DNA of 64,000 nucleotides from Azolla caroliniana (taxonomy: Eukaryota; Plantae; Polypodiophyta). A program made the translations under genes and the position numbers. Shown piece by piece: positions 39,716 through 50,302 of this stretch. How positions within the stretch are numbered: the stretch's first letter is position 1; the number at the start of each line of letters is the position of its first letter. The stretch lies in assembly GCA_043228905.1 (NCBI GenBank), contig JBHGNT010000011.1, positions 1,550,001-1,614,000 of the forward strand, given 5' to 3'. Below the pieces are notes generated by a model. The model did not search any database and was not told the origin of the DNA. It saw nothing but the letters and a program-made list of their open reading frames with translations.

Positions 39716-42700
39716 AGAGGGCTATCAAGGCGTGGGACCGCAATAGTCCGGACACCCCGGAAAAACCCCACAAATGTACATAGTAGGGAAGAAGACCTGT
39801 ACTATAGGTAGGAAATTTTGGTTCTCCGACAGCGGGGGTTGTACGATTGTTGGCGTCGTTGGCCGGGAGAAGAAGAGGACAGAGGAGCGACTTCGGGCAT
39901 GAGGAGTCCTTGGCCCTAGAGAGGAAATCAACGGAGCCGTGGAGGCGGTCTCTTTCGACGACACCTTGGGACAATTACGAGAGGTGGTCGGAGGAGGCCT
40001 TAAAATAGACCGGACGATTCCGGTATGTTCGGAAGGGATGTACAAAGTCATCGCCGACTTCTGTAACAGGCTCGAGGCGGATCGGACAGCCCGGGTGAAC
40101 ACAAAGTACATGATTGTGGACTGGAAGGTGAGGCCAGTAGCGGCACCCTTGCCGGAGAGCAGCGAGTTACGAGTAAAGGGGGGTGCGTCAGACCCGAGTT
40201 TGCAAGATCCGGCCAGCATAGGACACACGTTCACCGATATAATGCTACGAGAGCTCAAGATCGGTGGGGGTGGCTTTCTACTGCCGGCGGAAGAGGACCG
40301 GTTTCGGAGAATGCTCGGGAGGCACGGGAAGGCTTTCGCATTCTCACCGGAGGAGATCGGGTGCGTAGACCCGACAGTTATGGAACCGATGGTGATCTTC
40401 ACGGTACCGCATGTGCCGTGGAACCTCAAACCAATTCCTTTACCCAGAGCTCACATCCCGAAGCTGATGGAGTTGTTGAAACAGAAGGTCGAGATGGCCA
40501 TCCTCGAACTGTCGAGTGCCCCATACTCGAATTGGTGGTTTACCGTGCAAAAGAAGAATGACACGTTACGTTTTATTCAAGACTTGCAACTGGTCAACAA
40601 GGTGACCATTCAGAATGCAGGAATCGGACCGACCATAGACGAGTTCGTGGAGGCCTTCGCCGGAAGGTCAATTTACTCTGTCGGTGATCTGTACTCGGGG
40701 TACGACCAATTCCAGCTAGCTGTGGAGAGCAGGGATATCACGACGATGCGAACTCCTCTCGGTCTAGTACGGATGTGTACCCTACCACAAGGCGGGACGA
40801 ATTCGGTGGCGCATATGGTGAACGCAATGAACAAGGTGCTGAGGGACTGCATCCCGGACATCACCATGCCATTCTTGGACGACATCCCGATAAAGGGGTG
40901 TCCGGTGGAAGATGTGGAAAAGACTGTCGGGCCGGACGGATGTTGGAGGTTCGTCGTGAACCACATCAACGACTGCGAGAAGGTGATGCAGAGGCTCAAG
41001 AGCGCACGACTCACCTTCTCCGGAGAAAAATCAGCGTTCGGGCAGTCAGAGATCTTGGTGGTCGGACACCTGTGCGGGCCTTATGGTAGGAATCCGTCTC
41101 CGGCAAAGGTAGAAGCCATCTCCGCGATGAAGGACGATTGCGGGTTGGTTATGGAGGTCCGCAGATTCTTGGGGGCATGCGCGTTATACCACATCTGGAT
41201 TCCGCACTATGCGCATGTTGCGGAGCCGCTCTACGGGCTATTGAAGAAAGGGCTTAGGTTCGAGTGGAGGATGGAGCACACGGAGTCGGTCCGGAGACTA
41301 AAGGAGGCGCTTATGGTAGCACCAACTCTCCGTAAAGCGGCTTATGGCAAGGGCGTCCCCATCTACGTGACGGTGGACACGAGCCTGACCGGGATCGGGT
41401 GGGTGATCAACCAAGAGGATGACGTTGGCACGAGGTTCCCCATCCGGTTCGGCGCGAAGGCTCTTAGTGAGCGACAGCGAGGATACGCCCAGGTTAAACG
41501 CGAACTCTGGGGTATCGTTTTGGCGGTGAAGGCCGATAAAGACTACCTGATCGGGACAGAGGTAATAATCGAGATAGACTGCTTGCCGATTCTCGGCATG
41601 GTTTCCGGATGCACGACGCCGGACCTGGCAATGCTCAGGTGGATAGCGTACATCAAGTCCCTGAATCCGGAGATACGACACATTTCCGGAAAAGACAATG
41701 CCATGGCCGACATGCTCTCAAGGGTGAGGTTCGAAAACGAGGACGGCATGGTTTCGGAGGACGAGGAAGTCAGCATAGATTTCTTCGAGGCAGCATACGT
41801 GACGACTAGAAAGGGGAGCACTCTGGCGCTTAACGAATTCGACGAGAGCAAGTATGACGGGGAGTGGCTCCAGATCGGCGGGCTCCTGAAAACAATGACA
41901 CCGGACGCGGCGTGGACAAAGGAAGAGACCAACCGGATCCGGAAGAAAGCGTACCGATTCTTCCTTCGGGACAAGTACATATGGAAGCACCCGAAGAAGA
42001 GGGACGACATCCCGCTTCGAGTGGTGGCGAAGAAGGAGGAATAGGAGGAGTTGCTGGAGGCCTACCACGAGAGTCCCTGGGCCGGACATTGCGGAACGTG
42101 GGCCACGTTCGAGAAGCTAAAAGGAAAGTACTGGTGGCCGGGACTGTACCGGGACGTGGATCGGTTCGTGACGACTTGCGAAAGCCGTCAGATGCACTCC
42201 ATAGTCCGACACCGGGACGAGCTTCACCCGACCTACCCTCCGACTGTCCACTTCATATAGATGGTGGATTTGGTGATGATGCCGATGGGGGTAGGATAGA
42301 TGCGGTATCTGGTGCTGGCTCGGGAGGATCTGACGAACTAGGTTGAAGGCCGAGCACTGCAGAACAAAACGACCGTGGTTGTGTGCCGGTTTCTGATCGA
42401 GGACGTGATATGTCAGTACGGGAGCGTAGGAAAGATCATGGCTGACCGCAGAGAGTTGGACGCGCAAGAGGCTGAAGAGCTGTTTGACCGACTAGGGGTC
42501 AAACTCTCGCTCACCACAGTGTACAATTTGGAGGCTAACGGGAAGGTGGAGCACGGACACGGGCCGATCGTCAAAGCGCTAGCACAAGCGTGTGAAGGCC
42601 AAGTCGGGAACTGGCCGCGACTGCTACCTTATGCCTTGTGGGCGGACCGGACTACGCACAGTTCGGTAACCGGGTTCATGCCGGCAGAGCTTATGTATGG

Positions 42701-43201
42701 ATAGAGGCCGATCATGCCAACAGAGCGAACCATCTCCTCATGGGCCACGGTGGACTAGAGAGATGAGATGAGCCGGGAGGAGCTGCTAGCGGCACGGATT
42801 CGACAGCTCGAGCGAAGGCCGGAGGACGTAGAACGAGCCGCGAAGAAGCTTTGGCTGGCAAGGTTGAAGAACAAAGGGCGGTTTGACCGGACTCACTGAC
42901 TGTGATCGAAGAAAATCGAGGAAGGCGACTGGGTCCTAGTGTATGACAGCAACCTCGACAACCAGCACAGGGCAACGCGGAAATTTGCAAGGAGGTAGTT
43001 CGGGCCTTACATGGTGACAGGCGCCAACGACAACGGGACCTACCATCTTGCGGAGCTCGATGGTACGAGGATGGCAATACCGATAGCGGGGAAGAGGGTC
43101 AAAGCGTTTAAGAAACGACACGAGTGCTAGCCGGATCTGGAAAGCATGGACGGCGGCGACGGGCGGTCCAAGGCGGATGACGATCCGGAAGACGAGGAGT
43201 A
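39712..43201 (+). pseudogene. Gypsy E pol (RT-RH-INT), disrupted
   Basis: ORF 39939-42044 (PFLDDIPIKG), then integrase pieces 42051-42260 and 42375-42704 with several premature stops; collinear with D pol. Confidence 0.93.
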
Positions 43202-43277
43202 AAGCATGGGTCGGTTTTCTCTAGCAAGAGCCCAAATTTGGTGCCTACCGGTGGATGCGCGGTTAGGTGGGGGCAGA

Positions 43278-43965
43278 TGTTGTGAAGAAAACCGTCCCTA
43301 GGGGGAAACCGAGTTTAGCGTGTGTAAACCGGACCTTACACGCAAGCACACTTTTCGTTGTATGGTAAGTAGGTAGGTACAAGTCGGCTGAGGTGAAATC
43401 CTAGGTAGCACGCATTAAATAGGGAGAGAATCGAGGTGTATCTCTGTCCTAAAGGACAGAGAATTAATGTGATGTAACGGATGATAACGGCCTCCCTCCT
43501 TGGGCTATGAAAGAGAGGGAGAAGAATGAAAAGGGTATCGCGCGTTAGAGAGGACGAAGTGCTGCTGGACTGGGACCGAGCCCTTCTCCTCTACCACTCT
43601 CCATAGCCATTTTGCGCAGGTTTTCGGGAGGTTGACTCTGCACCATGGAATGCCCGTGTGCTTCTAGCAGAGTCTCCATCTCACTCTTCTGTGTGTGAGT
43701 GAACAAGTGTCGGTATTCGCCTTGCCGGCTTGTTAGTTGTAACCGTCTTGATGTATATATATATTTATATACATACGTGTTCATATACTCGGACTTCTAG
43801 TCGTCTCGTTTTGTTGTGTTGTTGGACTGTGATTCCTGTGTGCTCTCATGTCTGCATGTGTGCAAGTGCGTCCGTTGCCTTTCCGTTGTCCTCCTCAGCT
43901 ATTTCTCGGTCCAAGACCCTGGTGGTCCCGCCTCGTTCTCCACGCACGCACGTAACAACGCGACA
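43278..43965 (+). repeat. Gypsy E 3' LTR (688 bp)
   Basis: TG..CA, preceded by the PPT. Confidence 0.95.
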
Positions 43966-46860
43966 CCGGTCCAAGGTCTTTCATGCCAAATGATTTGCCA
44001 GGAGCTTTCTTCAACCTTCCAATCTTCCTTGTATCTTGACCGACTATCAACATGTCATCGACATATAGCAAGAAAATCAAGAAGTCTCCTTCTTTGTACC
44101 TTTTGACGAACACACAATGATCAGCCTGTGTTTTCTGGAACCGATGCTCCATCATGAAGGACTGGAACTTCTTGTACCATTGGCGTGGAGCTTGTTTCAA
44201 ACCGTACAAGCTTTTCTTCAGTCGACACACCAGATTCTCTTTCCCTTTCTCCTCAAAGCCTTTGGGTTGCTCCATATAGATTTCTTCTTCTACCTCCCCG
44301 TGCAGAAATGTGGTTTTGACATCCAACTGTTCGATCTCCAGGTCCATACTGGCCGCTATGCTCAGAATAGTTAGAATGGATGTCATCTTTATGACTGGTG
44401 CAAAAATTTCATCAAAGTCGATGCCCTTTTTCTATTGAAAACCCTTCACCACTATGCGGGCTTTATACCTGGGCTCACTGTCCACTATTCCAGTCTTCAC
44501 CTTGTAGACCCACTTATTCCTGAGTGCTCTCTTACCTTTTGGCAACTCTACTAGGTTGTAGGTGTAGTTCTCTTGCAAGGATTCCATCTCATCTTGCATC
44601 GCGCTCAACCATTTTTCTCTATGCTCATCGGCAATGGCTTCTTCATAGCACTCTAGTTCACCTTCATCAGTCAAGAGGATGTATTGGCTGTCATATGTAG
44701 TCGGTGCTTTCCTCTCCCTGAGTGGGTATCTTCTTCCACTCATTGTTGGCTCTCTTTCGGATGTCTCTGCCAACTCTTCTCTCTGCTTGGGATTTTGCTC
44801 GTCAATTAGCCTCTCATGGTTGGGTAATTCCAACTCATATTCATCAATTGACCTTTGTAGCTCTGTTGACTCAGACTCATAGTCAGTCGGTCTCTTTAAG
44901 TCGACCGACTCGGATTTGGCTCTGTCGGCCGGCTGTCTCCTTACAGTTGTCGATGACGACTCACTTGGTCTTAAGTCGATGGTAGTCGGGGTTGATTGGG
45001 GAGTCGATTCTGACTTCTGTTACTTCTAGTCTTCAATCGTCTTGTCTTCTAGAAAGACTACATCCCGACTTCTCACTACCTTCTTGTCGACTAGGTCCCA
45101 TAGCATGTAGCCGAATTCATCTTCTGAGTATCCCTTGAATATGCATGCTTTCGACTTGCTGTCGAGCTTTGACCTCTGATATTTCGGTACATGCATGTAC
45201 GCCAGACATCCGAACACCCTCAGATGCTGGTAGGAGACATCCTTCCTTTTCCACACTCTCTGTGGGACATCACCCTTTAATGGTACCGAGGGAGACCTGT
45301 TGATTAGATAAACAATTCTGTACATCACCTCCGCCCAATAGGATTTCGACAGTTTCGCAAGAGAGAGCGCTCCTTACTCTCTCCATGATCGTTTGATTCA
45401 TCCTCTCTGCAACCTTCAACTTCCGACCCGACTCTCTTTCAGCTCTTGCCTGGAATTCCTTGAAAACCGATAGTACTTGATCCTTTGTCTTCAGTACGAA
45501 GGCCCATGTCTTCCGACTATGGTCGTCAATGAATTTCATAAAGTAATGTCCACCTCGATGCGATGGAGCATCAACATAGCACACATCCGTGTGCTTCTAG
45601 CGCAACCTCTCTTCTTCTCGGTGGTCTTGTGTGGAATGCAACTCTGTTCTGCTTTCTGGCTAAGCAGTCGACACACTTCTCCAGATGCATGCCCTTGACT
45701 TCAGGTAGAAGTTTTTGGTCGGCTAACATGTGCATTCCCTTCTCACTCATGTGGCCTAGCCTCTTATGCCATATCTCACCTGCCGAGTTGGCTGCCACAT
45801 TTACTTTCGATTTGCACAGTCGGGCATGCATCATGTACAATGTGCCTTCTTTCTGTGCTCGGGCCACTATAAGATTTCCTCGATAGAACTTCCACTTGCC
45901 ATTTCGAAAGCTACCACTATAGTCTTCGTCATCTAACCTTCCAGTCGATATCAGGTTCAATTTGATATTAGGGACATGTCGAACATCCTTCAGTGTCAGT
46001 GGACACCCTATCGATGTCGTTAAGCAAACATTTCTGACTCTGGTTACCCTGCACTCTCCACTGTCACCCATCTTTACATAGCCATGATCCCCGGCTATGT
46101 AAGTCGAGAAATACTCTCTCGACAGAGTTATGTGGAACGATGCCCCGGAATCAATCACACACATCCAATCTTCACTTGCAAGATTTGCACTCGTCTGTTC
46201 ACAAATGAATAGGAGTTCTTCATTGCTCGTAGCAATGGCCGAAGTGTTCTTCTCATCAGGAATCTTCCTGGGTTCGACATTATTTCTGACACTCTTATCT
46301 TTCTTTAAGTGTAGACAATCCTTCTGGAAGTGACCAGGATTTCCACAATAAAAGCACGCGGGCTTACCTCTAGACTTCGATCTAGCATGGGATTTCTTCT
46401 TCTTCGCGGTCTCTTCCTCTGTCCATATGTTGAGTCAAATTCAACTCTGATTGGGACAGGACTCCTTTGTCTTTCCTCCTCGCCTCCTCATTTAGGATGC
46501 TTGTCTTCACCATCTGTAAAGACAAGTTCTCTTTTTGACAGGAGGTGTTGAGAGTAACCACTAGGTTCTCCCAGCTGTCCGGCAGTGTGCACATTAGCAA
46601 GATGGCTTGCATTACATCATCCAAGGGAAACTTGGTCGCATCAAGTTGATTTGCATACCCCATGAACATGCTGATGAGTTCGACGATGCTCTCACCGTCT
46701 CTGTATTTTAGCCGTACAATTTTTCTCATCAACGAGGTTTTATTGAGCGCGTTCTTCCTCTCATACAGACCCGACAGCTTCTGCCACATCTTGTGAGCAT
46801 TTGTGTCGTTCACCACATGCTGAAGGACACTTACATCGACACATTGTCAGATAGTTTTGT
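43966..46860 (-). pseudogene. Copia A gag-PR-INT-RT(N) fragments
   Basis: ORFs 46382-46816 (gag LPDSW), 45571-46164 (IDSGASFH, WHKRLGHMS), 45270-45584 and 45026-45328 (INT), 44432-44833 and 43895-44386 (RT, LYVDDML). The rest of RT/RH lies at 36492-36954 and 29945-30361. Confidence 0.9.
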
Positions 46861-46935
46861 GAGTTGAGAACTATCATACCTGGGAAACCGCTCACACCTC
46901 CTTTCATGCTTGTAGCTCAAGCTCTGATACAAGTT

Positions 46936-47542
46936 TGTTGAGAAATCGTTCAGTCAAATCACAATAAACGAACTGTGCTGAAAATACGAATCACAGATAT
47001 GCTAGAAAAGGAAAAGGACAAACAATAGTGCACAGAAATTTACGTGGAAACCCTAAAACGGAAGAAAACCATGGAGAACAGAACTTCACTATACAGTGGA
47101 TATACAACAGAGGATTTGTTACAACACTCTTTCGAGTGTATTAGCCACATAGGGCTCTTGGCGTCTGTTGTTACGCACACAGCTATGGCACCACACACTC
47201 TCTCTCTGTCTCACACGCTCTCGCGCTACTTCTGTTCTACAATCTCATCTTCACGTTTTTGCCCTAAGTGTATTTATACTTATACATTGTATGGGCTATT
47301 TACAAATGTAGCCTTTGGTACGTATCATTATTATTAGTGCTGTAATAATAATAGTCGAACTATAAAACAGTCGACTCACTGTTTTCGACTCTTCGACTGT
47401 CGGTTTTTCGAACAGTCGGATCTTCCTTGTCTTCGATTGTCAGCACTCCTTGGTCTGATTAGTCGGCTCCTCGTAGTCATCGACTGTTAGCAACTTCTAG
47501 ACAATTGGTTCCTCCTCCCACTAGAGGGACATATTCCCAACA
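46936..47542 (-). repeat. Copia A 5' LTR
   Basis: Matches 29323-29929; adjacent PBS. Confidence 0.95.
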
Positions 47543-48423
47543 ACACCTTTGTCACGTACTTCTACTATGACAACCACAATAGCTTCTTCGACGGGTCCCA
47601 GATGATGTGCATTCCCAATATCTGTCTTGCCGAACCCAAGTCTTTCATTGAGAAGGTCCGGTTCAGAGCCTTCTTCAGCATCCGGATCTTGCCTTGGTCT
47701 TGTTCGACGATCAACATATCATCCACATATAGGAGGAGTATCAAGAAATCTCCTTCGTCGAATTTCTTCACAAACACACAGTGATCGGCCTGCGTCTTGT
47801 GGTACCCTTGGTCGGTCATGAAGGAGTCGAACTTCCGGTACCATTGCCGAGGAGCTTGCTTCAGTCTGTATAGGCTCTTCTTGAGCCGTCACACCAGGTG
47901 CTCCTTCCCTTTCTTCTCAAATCCTTCTTAGAGTTGATGCATGTAGATCTCCTCTTCGAGGTCACCATGGAGGAACGCCGTCTTCACGTCCAGTTGCTCT
48001 GGCTCAAGGTCCATGCTTGCCTCTATGCCCAATACCATCCGGATGGATGTCATCTTTACTACCGGGGTAAAGATCTCATCGAAATCCACTCCTTTCTTCT
48101 GTTGGAAGCCCTATACCTTGGTGGATTTCCGGCATCTCCTGGTTTGAATTTGTACACCCACTTGTTCCGGAGTGCTCTCTTCCCTTTCAGCAACTCCGTC
48201 AATTCATATGTGTGGTTCTCATGCAGGGAATCCATCTCATCCTGCATGGCACTCAACCACTTGCGGCTGTGGGTGTCTAGTTTTGCTTCTTCGAAGCTTT
48301 CCGACTCTCCCTCATCGGTTAGCAGCACATGCTCTGCATCCGGAAATCTCTGGGGGGCTCTTCTCTCTCAGAGTTTTATTAGTCGGTTCGGTTTCTTGTC
48401 CATATCCGGCTGGTTCGCCGAGT

Positions 48424-48630
48424 TGTTGGGAATAAAGGACCATCGTGCCTTTTATTAGTGCACGAGTGTGAACGCACTCGTAGCACATTGTTGACTTTTA
48501 TATACATAATATCTAAAAACCAAAAAAGAGGTACACTCTTTGTACCCAAGACAACGTGCATCTCTCTCTCTCACCCAAACTCTCTCCCTCTCTGTTTTTT
48601 ACCTAAACCCTAATCCTCATGCTGCCTTCA
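48424..48630 (+). repeat. Copia C 5' LTR
   Basis: Matches 63130-63336. Confidence 0.95.
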
Positions 48631-48643
48631 AACTGGTATCAGA

Positions 48644-48812
48644 GCAAAGTTTAGAGTTTTTTGCATAGCAGAGTTTAGGGTTTTCTGCAGCGCAGAGTTT
48701 AGGGTTTTTTGCAGAGCAGAGTTTAAGGTTTTCTACAGAGCAGATTTTAGGGTTTTTTGTAGATCAAAGTTTAGGGTTTTCTGCAGAGCACGTAATTTTT
48801 TCAGCAGAGCAA
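48644..48812 (+). repeat. 24-bp tandem repeat GCAGAGTTTAGGGTTTTCTGCAGA x6-7 in the Copia C leader
   Basis: Directly visible immediately after the PBS. Confidence 0.9.
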
Positions 48813-50158
48813 GTTTGGTCCTCCGTTTGGGCTAAGAAATCATGACTAGCAGCAACGACAGTAGCCACCTTATGCACATCAAGAAGCTTGAGGGTGCACA
48901 TAACTTTGCGGTTTGGAAAAAGCAGTGCTATAACATCCTGCTGTAGAAGAAGCATGCAAAGCCTATTAAAGTCAAAGGGGTAAAGCCTACAGATATGGAC
49001 GAAGATGATTGGCAAGAGTTGAACGAGCTTGCACGCTTGACTATTGAGTTGTTGATTTCTGATGCCTTGCTTTTTAATATCGAAGGTTTGGACTCCGCCT
49101 ATTCTATATGGACTAGACTAGAGGAACTGTATGCCCAAAGGAAGACAACTAGCAAAGTTTATTGGCTTAAGAAACTTATGGATTTGTGTATGACAGAGGG
49201 CACACCCATGTCAACTCACTTGAGTGAGTTCAATTCCATTTTCAGCCAGTTGTTTGCCTTGAAATTCATCATTGATGATGAGTTTAAGGCCACATTTTTA
49301 CTTTGCACCTTGCCAGAAAGTTGGGATACTTTTTGGACTGCTATGAGCAATTCAAATGCGGTGCTTCTTTATGCCGATGTAGAGAGTTCTCTACTCATGG
49401 AAGAGATGAGTAAGCAAAACAATGCATCCAATAAGTCCTCTAGTGCGTTGCATATGAGGGGTAGGTCACAACAAAGAGGAAAATCTGATAGTTATGGCCG
49501 TAGTAAATCACGTGGTAAATATGTAGAATGCCATCGCTGTGATTGTTTCAAATGGAAGAAAGAGAAAGGAAAGGGCAAGAAGATAGATGACATAGAAGAA
49601 AAGAGAGACATTCAACTAAGGAAAGGCAATACTAAAATTGAAAAGGTGAATGTAGCCACTCATGATAGTGATAGTGGAAATGATGTACTCTTTGTTTCAT
49701 CATGCCATAGAGAACATGCTTTACTTGCAGATACGGATGGTGACATGCACACTTGGATACTCGATTCCGATGCTTCTTTTCACGTTACCCCTCATCGTGA
49801 GTGGTTTTTCAGATTACATAGGGGGTCAACATGGTGTTGTCCATCTTGGGGACAATTATGCATGTGAAATTGCAAGTATTGGCATTGTGCAATTATAGTT
49901 TCAACATGGTTCTGCTTTCACACTTCAGCATGTACGGCATGTACCTCAACTCAAGAAGAGCTTGATTAGCACAGAACATCTAGATGATGATGGATTTCAC
50001 ACAAACTTTGGTGATGGGAAATGGAAGATTTGTAAAGGATCTAGAGTTATTGCCAAGGGTACTAAAAGTGATACTTTGTATCCTCTCCATGTATCTAGTG
50101 TGAGTGACCATGTTGTTGCCATAACCGAGCAACCCAGTGTTTCTTTGTGGCATGGTTG

Positions 50159-50251
50159 TGTTGGGGACAAGGCCGTCAATGCGGAAGTGCAAGCAACATT
50201 CGTGATGAAGGAATCTGCGTATGCATGAGCAAGTTAGACACAGAGGGAGAG

Positions 50252-50302
<51 letters not shown>

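Larger units (their letters stand above)
36955..43965 (+). mobile_element. Gypsy E: same family as D, full-length but decayed, 4-bp TSD CCGG
   Basis: LTRs 36955-37569 and 43278-43965; PBS TGGTGAACCCGACGTGA at 37574-37590; PPT GGTTAGGTGGGGGCAGA. CCGG flanks both ends, and removal restores host DLGPAKQILGM. Confidence 0.95.
29323..47542 (-). mobile_element. Copia A, full-length decayed LTR retrotransposon inserted in the RT of Copia B
   Basis: LTR pair 29323-29929 and 46936-47542 (TG..CA); Met-type PBS with one mismatch at 46921-46932; PPT near 29930-29944. TSD GCACT/ACACC, each one transition from GCACC, which restores the host frame. Order gag-PR-INT-RT-RH on the minus strand. Confidence 0.93.

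Noticed and set aside
33147-42010. Antisense ORFs shared by D and E (for example 33837-34661 and 39725-40429)
   Set aside because: Shadow frames of GC-rich pol; their similarity follows from the sense-strand homology.
48644-48812. Interstitial telomere
   Set aside because: TTTAGGG occurs once per 24-bp unit inside a retrotransposon leader, not as tandem heptamers.
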